A DNA stretch of 15,515 bases from Candidatus Pacearchaeota archaeon (GCA_030699205.1 JAUYJY010000059.1:1-15515), one strand, 5' to 3'; shown: positions 6,624-14,375, counted from the first letter of the stretch. Notes: generated by a model from the letters alone, not told the origin. Translations and numbers: made by a program.

Positions 6624-7873
6624 TCATTAAACTCTCCGGAAAAATTCCCAAGCATTTTTTCCCTAACTTTCTCCCTGCTTCTCCAGTTTTTATGTCCTAA
6701 AACAAAACCAAGTTTAACAAAAGCGGTTTCAGACAACATATCCCCTAAAAAAATAACTCCTGCTTTTTCCAATTCTCTTCCGGTAGAATAAACCTTTGGA
6801 TTTAACCTTCCATAAATTGTCTGAGAAACTGCAAAAACAAACAATCCAGATTTAACAAGTTTCTTTATCTTTGCAATCCAGCCAATATTAACATGCCCAA
6901 GCCCAGACATTTCAATGATAATTCCCTTATATTTCTCTTTTAAATAATAATCTAAAATTCCTTCATCCTGTCCGGGGTAGAATTTTACCAACGCAATTTT
7001 ATCATTAAAACTGCAATCCAATTCAGTTTTACCGTTATTTCTTGGCTTATATTCTCTCAAAAATTCAATCTTGTCCCTGAAAACTTTTGCAATCTCCCTC
7101 GTATTAACTGCCTTAAAAGTATCTCTTCTTGAAGTGTGCATCTTCCTCACTTTATTTCCTTGCAACGCATAACAAAAATCATCATTTGTAGAAGCATGCC
7201 CAACGATAACAACTTCTGCACAATCACCCAACGCAAAAGAAACTGCACAATCAAGATTCATCTCCGCATCCGAACTCGCCCTGTCAATGCTCCTTTGCGA
7301 AAATGTCAAAACAACAGGTTTATTCAAATCTTTCAAAAAAAATGACAAAATAGAAGAAGTATAATGCAAAAAATCAGAACCATGCGTAATAATTACCCCT
7401 TCAATATCTTTGTCATTCAACATTTTTTTAGTGATTTCGGCAATTTTAATCCAATGTTTCCAGTTCATATTTTCAGAAAGTTCCATAAATGGAATCTCCA
7501 TTTTAACATTAACTTTCTCAAACAACTTGGGATAAAACTTCGCAAACTCATCAACACCAGCCAATGCAGTTACTCCCCCTGTTTTTGCATCAAGCTTAGA
7601 GGCAATTGTCCCCCCGGTAACAATCAACCCTATAGTTTTTTTATGGTCATCAAAAGAAGTTTTAATCTCATTTTTTACATCCTCTTTAAATTTCTTCAAA
7701 ACCTTAAAATCTAAAATATTTTCCCTTGCGATTCCAATATTATATCCGGATTTTAATTTAATTAAAATAATCTCCTTGTCATAACTCTCAAGAATCCTCC
7801 CCTCAATTTCCTTCTTAGCCAATCTCAACAAAACATAATCCCCTGCACTAAAATTTAATTTTGATTCAGTCAT
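6608..7873 (-). CDS. gatD: Glu-tRNA(Gln) amidotransferase subunit D (GatD)
   Basis: 421 aa. An N-terminal small beta domain is followed by an asparaginase-like core with IGLIVTGGTIASKLD and VIITHGSDFLHYTS. GAGGAG lies ~9 nt upstream of the ATG. Confidence 0.9.
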   Translation of the reverse strand: MTESKLNFSAGDYVLLRLAKKEIEGRILESYDKEIILIKLKSGYNIGIARENILDFKVLKKFKEDVKNEIKTSFDDHKKTIGLIVTGGTIASKLDAKTGGVTALAGVDEFAKFYPKLFEKVNVKMEIPFMELSENMNWKHWIKIAEITKKMLNDKDIEGVIITHGSDFLHYTSSILSFFLKDLNKPVVLTFSQRSIDRASSDAEMNLDCAVSFALGDCAEVVIVGHASTNDDFCYALQGNKVRKMHTSRRDTFKAVNTREIAKVFRDKIEFLREYKPRNNGKTELDCSFNDKIALVKFYPGQDEGILDYYLKEKYKGIIIEMSGLGHVNIGWIAKIKKLVKSGLFVFAVSQTIYGRLNPKVYSTGRELEKAGVIFLGDMLSETAFVKLGFVLGHKNWRSREKVREKMLGNFSGEFNELLSE

Positions 7874-7930
7874 TTAATAACTCCTCGCAATATCAGATGT
7901 TTTACCTCTTAAAACGATGATCAGCGAAAG

Positions 7931-9391
7931 TTAATAAGCTTTCGCTATATAAACAACTTCCTTTGCATTTTTACCGCAAAAAACACACTTCCCGGAAACA
8001 TTTTCCTTTTCAAGTAAAGTCCCTCTAACTTCTGCACCAATTTCTTTCTCAACTTTCACCGCACATTTTTCTCCGTCTCCATCAACAGAACAAAAACCAC
8101 ACCTCGCAATCCCTCCTTCAGATAAAACCCATTTGACTTTTGCAATAGTGTCTGCATCCCTTATCCTTCCCTTAAACAATTTATCTGCCTCCCTCTTTAA
8201 ATTTTCCCCAGATTCAACAGAAACTTTCCTTAAATAATTCATTAAATCTTTCTCCAAGATAACTTCCTTCTTATTCAAATCTCTCCTGAAAACACTTAAC
8301 TTTTTATCTTTTACTTCCTTTTTCCCTAAATCAATCCTTACGGGAATTCCTTTCATCTCCCAATAATTAAATTTCTCCCCTGGAGATTTTCTATCATCTA
8401 AATCAATCACAACTTCATCAGTAAATACGGAAATTTTCTTTTTCAATTCTTCAGCTTTTTTAACTAATTCTGAATCATTTGAAATCGGAACGATAACAAT
8501 ATGTTTGGGTGCTATTTCCCAAGGAAATCTTAACCCCTTATCATCTCCATGAACTATCACTACACTTGCAAAAATCCTTGAAATTGCAGGACCATAACAA
8601 GTCATAAATGCATATTTTTCTTTTTCATCCTTATCTTTAAATTTAACATCAAATGCTTTTGAAAAATCTGGAGAAATCATATGCGTAGAAGGCTGTTGTA
8701 TAACTTTCCCGTCAGGATTCAAAACATCTGCTGCAAATGTCCTTGATGCCCCGGGAAATTTATCCCACGACGGCCTTTCAAACATCATAAAAGGAAGACA
8801 AAAAATACCATGCAAAACTTCTTCACTTGTTTTCATATCTTCTTTAACCTGATTCAAAGCATCTTCCTCGTTTGCAAAAGCACAATGGGTTTCAATCCAA
8901 TGAAATTCCCTGCTTCTTAAAAAAGGCCTCGTCGCCTTGGTATCATACCTAAATACCTGTGCTCTTTGATAAGACTTAAAAGGCAAATCCTTATAACTTC
9001 TAAGCCACAATGAAAACATTTGATAAAAAGCAGTCTCGCTTGTCGGTCTTAAAGCCAATTTCTCTGGCAATTTCTTATCCCCTCCATGAGTAACCCAAAA
9101 AACTTCAGGAGTAAATCCTTTCACGTGTCCGGCTTCCTTCTCAAAATTTTCTTCAGGAATTAATGTTGGAAAAAAATGTGGCTCATGTCCTTTCTTCTGC
9201 AAACTCTTTTCAAAAAAAGAATACATCTTTTCCATAGAATAAACACTCCAAGGCCTAAACACCAAAAATCCCTTCAAATTATATCTTATATCTGCAAGCT
9301 CTGCCTTCTGCACAACTTCTGTAAACCACTCTGAAAAATTTTCGTTCTTCCTTGCAACTATTCCTTTGTTATCTCTTTCATCTCCAACCAT
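7931..9391 (-). CDS. proS: Prolyl-tRNA synthetase, archaeal/eukaryal type
   Basis: 486 aa. Contains FSEWFTEVVQKAELADIRY, LALRPTSETAFYQMF, FRYDTKATRPFLRSREFHWIETHCAF, and a Cys-rich C-terminal domain ending in the characteristic terminal Tyr (IAKAY). Confidence 0.9.
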   Translation of the reverse strand: MVGDERDNKGIVARKNENFSEWFTEVVQKAELADIRYNLKGFLVFRPWSVYSMEKMYSFFEKSLQKKGHEPHFFPTLIPEENFEKEAGHVKGFTPEVFWVTHGGDKKLPEKLALRPTSETAFYQMFSLWLRSYKDLPFKSYQRAQVFRYDTKATRPFLRSREFHWIETHCAFANEEDALNQVKEDMKTSEEVLHGIFCLPFMMFERPSWDKFPGASRTFAADVLNPDGKVIQQPSTHMISPDFSKAFDVKFKDKDEKEKYAFMTCYGPAISRIFASVVIVHGDDKGLRFPWEIAPKHIVIVPISNDSELVKKAEELKKKISVFTDEVVIDLDDRKSPGEKFNYWEMKGIPVRIDLGKKEVKDKKLSVFRRDLNKKEVILEKDLMNYLRKVSVESGENLKREADKLFKGRIRDADTIAKVKWVLSEGGIARCGFCSVDGDGEKCAVKVEKEIGAEVRGTLLEKENVSGKCVFCGKNAKEVVYIAKAY

Positions 9392-9410
9392 AAAAATCCT
9401 TGGAAAACCT

Positions 9411-9422
9411 TATTATTAAAAG
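9411..9422 (-). promoter_or_regulatory. TATA box (CTTTTAATAATA on minus strand) ~26 nt upstream of the proS ATG
   Basis: Recurrent motif and spacing. Confidence 0.45.
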
Positions 9423-9427
9423 TTATG

Positions 9428-9997
9428 TTATCTCTTTTTCTTGTTAATCCTAGAATTATCTACCTTATAAAAAGCAAAAGCAATAAAAGCTACTGATAGA
9501 AAATTCAGAACAAATAGAGATACCCAATTAGGAAGTATACCTCCTTGTTTAAACACGTAAAATATCTGATAGCATTGCTGTATCTGTAATGAAGGAGTCA
9601 TCCCAACATACATATCTGGGCTTGGTTCCCCCGATCCAGTAATCGCAGGAACGCTTGTACCTCTAAAAATAACCTCCGGATTAGGACAAACCTCCGTCAT
9701 AATATTGCCAGCAATAATCATTAAAAAAAGTCCAAGAAAAGCAAACCAAAATAATACCCAAAACCTCTTAGCAGAATTTCTCTTAATAAGCATGTAAATT
9801 AAAGGCACTCCAAACAAGAAAACAAATACAAATAAGCTAAAAATAAAATGGTAAGAGAAAACATAACCCCACCCAAAAGGAAGTCCAGAACCTTGAAAAG
9901 CTTCAGGATAATAAACCTTGGGAAACCTATTTAATGTAAAAACAAAAACAAAAGATACCAAACCAACCACGAACAATCTAAAAAACCTGCCCCCCAT
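9428..9997 (-). CDS. Hypothetical integral membrane protein (189 aa from ATG 9997; the track start at 10009 is a TTG)
   Basis: Several Phe-rich hydrophobic segments. The ATG at 9995-9997 lies 26 nt downstream of the TATA motif TTTTAATAA (RC of 10019-10027), which favours that start. Confidence 0.6.
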   Translation of the reverse strand: MGGRFFRLFVVGLVSFVFVFTLNRFPKVYYPEAFQGSGLPFGWGYVFSYHFIFSLFVFVFLFGVPLIYMLIKRNSAKRFWVLFWFAFLGLFLMIIAGNIMTEVCPNPEVIFRGTSVPAITGSGEPSPDMYVGMTPSLQIQQCYQIFYVFKQGGILPNWVSLFVLNFLSVAFIAFAFYKVDNSRINKKKR

Positions 9998-10055
9998 ACA
10001 CAAAGACAAAAAATGAACTTATTAAAACTTACTGGTAACCTTTCTCAAACCAATA

Positions 10056-10065
10056 ATTTTAATAG
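10056..10065 (+). promoter_or_regulatory. TATA box (ATTTTAATAG) ~27 nt upstream of tRNA-Arg
   Basis: Same motif and spacing as the protein-gene promoters. Confidence 0.45.
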
Positions 10066-10087
10066 CCCAAGTTTACACTCATTCTAA

Positions 10088-10160
10088 GGGCCTATAGTTT
10101 AATGGATTAGAATAAGGGACTTCGGATCCCTAGATCGAGGTTCGATTCCTCGTAGGCCCA
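10088..10160 (+). tRNA. tRNA-Arg (anticodon UCG), 73 nt, no encoded CCA, no intron
   Basis: Cloverleaf folded by hand:
- Acceptor stem GGGCCTA/TAGGCCC.
- D stem GTTT/GAAT (2 G-U pairs), with GG in the D loop.
- Anticodon stem AGGGA/TCCCT with loop CT-TCG-GA.
- 4-nt variable loop.
- T arm CGAGG-TTCGATT-CCTCG.
- Discriminator A. Confidence 0.85.
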
Positions 10161-10188
10161 TTAGACTTGTTTACAAGTGCTATCTTAG

Positions 10189-10225
10189 TTTTTTTGACTC
10201 ATAGAACTTTTTTCCTAAAAAAGTT
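10189..10225. terminator. T7 run (10189-10195) plus perfect 9-bp hairpin AACTTTTTT-CCT-AAAAAAGTT (10205-10225) between tRNA-Arg (+) and uppS (-)
   Basis: Oligo-T is the archaeal termination signal. The hairpin reads as T-rich on both strands, so it may serve both convergent units. Confidence 0.4.
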
Positions 10226-10229
10226 GTAT

Positions 10230-10253
10230 TTCGATTCCTCGTAGGCCCGTTAG
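10230..10253 (+). repeat. Direct duplicate of the tRNA-Arg 3' end (att-like)
   Basis: TTCGATTCCTCGTAGGCCCgTTAG at 10230-10253 versus TTCGATTCCTCGTAGGCCCaTTAG at 10141-10164. The match is an exact 19-mer and 23/24 overall. The uppS stop codon lies within the repeat. Confidence 0.75.
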
Positions 10254-11296
10254 TTCCCCCCAAAATTTCTCCTTCGGTTAGAAAAATCCTGCACGGCATT
10301 TCTTAATTCCTCTGCATTAAAATCTGGAAAATGCACGTCGGTAAAATAAAACTCACTATATGCACTCTGGAAACTCATAAAACCACTCATTCTTTTTTCT
10401 CCGGAAGTCCTTATTATTAAATCTGGATCTGGAATTCCAGAACTATCAAGATAATTAACAAAATCATCTTCTTTTATTTCCTGCACTCCCGCCCTAATTG
10501 CCTTATTCAATGCCCTCACAATCTCATCTCTTCCGCCGTAATCCAAACAGATTTGAACATTTAATTTATCAAACTTCTCCGTGCTTTTTTCTAAATCATC
10601 AATTGCCTTCACTAATTTTTCAGGTAATCTGTCCTTCCTTCCAAAATGCCTAAACCTAATTTCTTTCTTGACTGACTCTTCTTTAAAATCTTTTATAACA
10701 TCTAAAAATAATCTAAACAAATTATCAATTTCCTTCTTACTCCTATTCCAATTCTCTGTAGAAAAAGTCCAAAAAGTCAAATAATTAATTCCTAAATTCT
10801 TTGCCTCTTCCAACAAACTTTTAAAATTTTCTCCGGTAGCAGCAATCCTATGACCCCTAATTCCCTCCATTCCTCTTGCTCTCGCCCACCTCCTATTTCC
10901 GTCAGGAATAATTGCTACATGTTTTGGTATTTTTCCTTTTATCCCCAAAATCTTTCTTCCCAAATTTAAAAAACTTGATTTCTGATCCTCAATAAGACCT
11001 TTATCCAGAGCAATTATAAAATTCTCATAATCTCTTTCCTTCTTTTTCCAAAAATATGAAACGCCTTCAACACTGCTTAACTGACTCCCTGCAGAAATAA
11101 CTTTTAAAAAATCTTCCAAAACTTCCCTTCTCCCCTGACAAATTATTAAAACACTACCTTCATCTTTATTTATTACAAAACCCTTAACTCCAAGTTTATC
11201 CGCATTTTCTTTAACAAAATTTCGGAACATAACTCCCTGCACTCTTCCAAAAACTTCTATCTTTAATTCAGAGATAGTTTCTAATTTCGATTCCAT
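10250..11296 (-). CDS. uppS: Acylphosphatase-like domain fused to undecaprenyl-diphosphate synthase-type cis-prenyltransferase
   Basis: The N-terminal ~95 aa carry acylphosphatase signatures VFGRVQGVMFR and GFVINKDEGSVLIICQG. The C-terminal ~250 aa carry HVAIIPDGNRRWA and DLIIRTSGEKRMSGFMSFQSAYSEFYF. Confidence 0.85.
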   Translation of the reverse strand: MESKLETISELKIEVFGRVQGVMFRNFVKENADKLGVKGFVINKDEGSVLIICQGRREVLEDFLKVISAGSQLSSVEGVSYFWKKKERDYENFIIALDKGLIEDQKSSFLNLGRKILGIKGKIPKHVAIIPDGNRRWARARGMEGIRGHRIAATGENFKSLLEEAKNLGINYLTFWTFSTENWNRSKKEIDNLFRLFLDVIKDFKEESVKKEIRFRHFGRKDRLPEKLVKAIDDLEKSTEKFDKLNVQICLDYGGRDEIVRALNKAIRAGVQEIKEDDFVNYLDSSGIPDPDLIIRTSGEKRMSGFMSFQSAYSEFYFTDVHFPDFNAEELRNAVQDFSNRRRNFGGN

Positions 11297-11297
11297 T

Positions 11298-12356
11298 TCA
11301 AACCCTATCCTCTACTCCTTTTTTAAATTTTGCTAAATCCTTTGTTTCTATTCTTGCACCCACCGCATTTCTATGCCCCCCTCCATTAGCATTAGAAAAA
11401 TCAGAAATAACTTCTTCCAATATTTGCTTAACATTATCCCCCCTTAGAGATATATTTGTAAATGGTCCTGCACTAAAGGCAACAACAATTGTTTTATCAG
11501 GGTATAAATAACAAAGCTCATTAGACAAATCGGAACTAATGCTTAAATCCCCCGAATAACTAAAAAATAAAACCTTTTCTCCAATTTCTTTCTTTGCCCT
11601 ATCCATCAATAAATTATATTTTTTTAAAACTTCTTTATATTTCTTTCCAAATGGTTTTGAAGATTCTAACTCTATTTCTAAATCTCCCGGACTCTTGCAG
11701 GAGATAAGTAAATTCTGCAATTGAATTACATGTGTTATTGAATCTTTTATCCCAAAACTTAATGCCTTAACAAGTCTTCCAGTCGCAGTTCCATAATAAG
11801 CATCAAAAGCTTTTTCAACACTTTTACTCCAATATTCTGGATATCTTTCTGCAAATGAATCAACAAATTCCGGAAGATAATTATCGGCAATACATCCGAT
11901 AAGAGCAACCCACATATCTTCAGACCTATTAGTTATCACATATGATAAATAAGTTGTAGGTTCGGCACTTTTCTTCTTCCCTTTATTTCTTGTAGGATTA
12001 AAAACAAATAAATCCTCATAACTATAATCTTCCGTCTCAACATCGTGATGGTCTATCCAGATAATTGGAATTTGTAATCTTTCCATTTCTTCAACAAACT
12101 CTCTTCCCAAATCATGCCTGTCCAAAACAACAGCATAATCTGCGTTAAGTTCCTGTGCTTTCTTTGCATATAATCTGTCAACAAATGGGTGAGATTTAAC
12201 CGCAACTCCTTTTCCACGTCCTAAAAATCTTCTAAGCAAAACATAACTGCAAAGCCCGTCTACATCATTATCATAAAAAAACACAGGATTTTGTGCCCTT
12301 TCTAAATGTTCTCTTGCACTTAAGATTTGCTTCTCTGTCAACATTACATAGTCCAA
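11298..12356 (-). CDS. DHH/DHHA1 family phosphoesterase (RecJ-like / nanoRNase-like)
   Basis: Motifs FFYDNDVDGLCS (DxD), VVLD, IWIDHHD (DHH), GCIADNY and DHHA1 GGGHRNAVGARI. Its stop lies 1 nt from the uppS start, so an operon is likely. Confidence 0.8.
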   Translation of the reverse strand: MDYVMLTEKQILSAREHLERAQNPVFFYDNDVDGLCSYVLLRRFLGRGKGVAVKSHPFVDRLYAKKAQELNADYAVVLDRHDLGREFVEEMERLQIPIIWIDHHDVETEDYSYEDLFVFNPTRNKGKKKSAEPTTYLSYVITNRSEDMWVALIGCIADNYLPEFVDSFAERYPEYWSKSVEKAFDAYYGTATGRLVKALSFGIKDSITHVIQLQNLLISCKSPGDLEIELESSKPFGKKYKEVLKKYNLLMDRAKKEIGEKVLFFSYSGDLSISSDLSNELCYLYPDKTIVVAFSAGPFTNISLRGDNVKQILEEVISDFSNANGGGHRNAVGARIETKDLAKFKKGVEDRV

Positions 12357-12425
12357 GAAACAAGCTTTTTAAAACTGCCGAGAAATTACAATAATATTTA
12401 TAAATGGTAATTTTCTGAAGATACT

Positions 12426-12623
12426 ATGGAAAAATGGAGCGAACTTTTAATAGGTTTAATCTTAGTGATAGGTGCAATTTTGATTGCATACTACTCCCAA
12501 AACTGGGGAAATTGGAACTTTTGGAGTGCAGCAGGAGAATTCTTTAAAGGCGGACTATTCTGGGTAATTGTAATGATAGGTTCTTTATTCATTCTTCTTG
12601 GCATCTCAGACCTTAAGGGTTAA
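12426..12623 (+). CDS. Small two-helix membrane protein (65 aa), hypothetical
   Basis: Two clear hydrophobic helices (LLIGLILVIGAILIAYY and GLFWVIVMIGSLFILLGI). No family recognised. Confidence 0.45.
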   Translation: MEKWSELLIGLILVIGAILIAYYSQNWGNWNFWSAAGEFFKGGLFWVIVMIGSLFILLGISDLKG

Positions 12624-12667
12624 TCTATTGCAATAATTTCTAAAAACCCTCATTGATTTATTTATCA

Positions 12668-13873
12668 ATGCCTAAACTATGCAAAACCTGCGGAAAAGAA
12701 TCTTGCGATAAACATTCTTTCTTTCTTGGAAAAACTATAAATATAAAAAATTTTTCGGGCTCAACCCCTCCAGAAATTTTTGTAGGAAAATGGAATTATC
12801 CAAATGTTTATACTGGGATCCTATCTCCGCAAGAACATGGAAACACAGAAATCTTATCCTCTTCAGAATTATGGCATAAAAACAAAATTCCTATTTCAGA
12901 TATCCTAAAATTCAGAAATAGATTAATCTACGGCAGAACTCAAAGCAATATAAAAAAACTAAATACTAAATTCCTCTCAACAATGTCAGAAATAGCAATG
13001 ACGCATAAATCCGTGTCTGCTTCTTTCTTCCTAAAAAAACCAATAACTAAAAACCTTGAGAAAGAAACAAGAACTCCAATAATCCCAAAAGCCGCAGAAT
13101 TACAATCTGCAAAATTGGATGAAAACGCTCCCGTAAAACCAAAAGTAGATTACTTGGTAAATGACATTGAAGTAAAATCCTCCAACGCAATTCTTGAATT
13201 GCACAAATTTAAAATACCTGTTTCAACAATACAAAAAGTCCTTTCCGCTGGACTTCTTGGCCTGAAAAAAAACAGAAAACTTGTCCCAACAAGATGGTCT
13301 ATAACTGCAGTAGATGACACAATATCAAAAGAAAAACTAAAAAAAATAAAACTTCTTCCAGAAATATCAGAATTCCAAGTCTTTTCCGCAGATTATATAG
13401 GTAACTATTATAATTTTCTCTTGCTCCCAGATAAATATTCTTTTGAAGTAATTGAAATATCTATCAAAAATTACGGACTTGAAAAAGGAATGTGCCCTGA
13501 AAGAAACCTTGGTTTCCCTAGTTGGCAGGATTCAGAAACATTCTTTGCAAGAAAAAAATACGCAGATTCAGTAACAGGTGCTTACTATGCAAATCGCCTT
13601 GCATTAACAGAATATTTAGAAAAAATAAAAAGACAAGCATCTTGTTTAGTAATCAGAGAAATTCGCCCACAATACTACGCACCACTTGGAGTTGGAATAC
13701 TAAGAGAAATATCAAGGGAAGCATTCTCCAAAAAACCAAATACATTTAATACATTACAAGAAGCCCTCGATGACATTCAAACCCGCCTTAAGCAGCCAGT
13801 ATCAAATTACACACAAAAGTCTTATTTGCTAAACAACCAAAGTAAACAAAAGAAAATAAGTGAATTTCTATGA
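12668..13873 (+). CDS. nreA: Archaeal Nre-family DNA repair protein (NreA)
   Basis: N-terminal CKTCGKESC, PPEIFVGKWNYPNVYTGILSP and LVPTRWSITAVDD match the Nre N-/C-terminal domain signatures. The track start at 12653 is a TTG. The ATG at 12668 fits an A/T box ~28 nt upstream. Confidence 0.8.
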   Translation: MPKLCKTCGKESCDKHSFFLGKTINIKNFSGSTPPEIFVGKWNYPNVYTGILSPQEHGNTEILSSSELWHKNKIPISDILKFRNRLIYGRTQSNIKKLNTKFLSTMSEIAMTHKSVSASFFLKKPITKNLEKETRTPIIPKAAELQSAKLDENAPVKPKVDYLVNDIEVKSSNAILELHKFKIPVSTIQKVLSAGLLGLKKNRKLVPTRWSITAVDDTISKEKLKKIKLLPEISEFQVFSADYIGNYYNFLLLPDKYSFEVIEISIKNYGLEKGMCPERNLGFPSWQDSETFFARKKYADSVTGAYYANRLALTEYLEKIKRQASCLVIREIRPQYYAPLGVGILREISREAFSKKPNTFNTLQEALDDIQTRLKQPVSNYTQKSYLLNNQSKQKKISEFL

Positions 13874-14040
13874 ATTCACCGATTCAAAAAAATCAAACCC
13901 ATTAGCAATAATTTTATTTTTAACCTTGATGCCGTCGAAAAATGCTTTTTGCTTTTCATCCATCTCTCTTCTATATTTAGCCTCAATAATAGTATCCTAT
14001 TGAATAATAAAAATATATCCTTGCCTTGAGAAATATCCAT
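13868..14040 (-). pseudogene. Possible frameshifted small gene remnant
   Basis: GGAGG lies 8 nt upstream of the ATG at 14040 (MDISQGKDIFLLFN...). A more protein-like reading continues in another frame (DTIIEAKYRREMDEKQKAFFDGIKVKNKIIANGFDFFESVNS*, stop 13868-13870) after a TAG at 13997-13999. No family recognised. Confidence 0.25.
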
Positions 14041-14125
14041 CTTAATTATCCTCCACTTAGAAGAACAAATGTAAACTGTTAAGGTTGAATGAAACAACAT
14101 GCCTAAAAGTGCAGACCAAAATCTT

Positions 14126-14153
14126 TATATAATCCTATATAATATTATATAAT
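14126..14153 (+). promoter_or_regulatory. Three phased copies of TATATAAT (14126, 14136, 14146; 10-nt period) ending at the antitoxin ATG: TATA box plus probable autoregulatory operator
   Basis: The tandem repeat is read directly. The first copy sits ~28 nt upstream of the ATG (leaderless spacing). RHH antitoxins typically bind repeated operator half-sites over their own promoter. Confidence 0.5.
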
Positions 14154-14375
14154 ATGGTAGTTAAAACATTTAATGTTGATTTAGCAGTTTACAAGAAGTT
14201 CTTGCAATTTTGCAGAGATAATGGGATTAGTATGAGCAAGCAAATTGAAATTTTTATGAAATCAAGAGTAGATGAAAAGAAAGAAGTTAGAGAAGAATAT
14301 TTGCAAAAGTTAGAGGAAATAAGAAGAGGAAAGTTTATTAGAGTTGGTGATTTTTCTAAGAGATATGGACTATGA
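14154..14375 (+). CDS. Ribbon-helix-helix (CopG/RelB-like) antitoxin
   Basis: 73 aa. An N-terminal beta strand (KTFNVDL) is followed by two helices (AVYKKFLQFCRDNGISMSKQIEIFMKS) and a charged C-terminal tail. It overlaps the toxin gene by 11 nt. Confidence 0.7.
   Translation: MVVKTFNVDLAVYKKFLQFCRDNGISMSKQIEIFMKSRVDEKKEVREEYLQKLEEIRRGKFIRVGDFSKRYGL

Noticed and set aside
10230-10248. The second copy of the tRNA-Arg 3' segment as a half of a split or permuted tRNA gene.
   Set aside because: There is no matching 5' half, leader-complementary sequence or promoter nearby. The intact tRNA 90 bp upstream already contains this segment. An att-type duplication explains it more simply.
13876-14100. 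74-aa track ORF (MLFHSTLTVYICSSKWRIIKMDISQ...).
   Set aside because: The N-terminal 20 codons precede the GGAGG/ATG pair at 14040, and the C-terminal half is low-complexity Leu/Lys/Ile sequence. It is better explained as a frameshifted remnant (see feature 13868-14040) than as this exact ORF.
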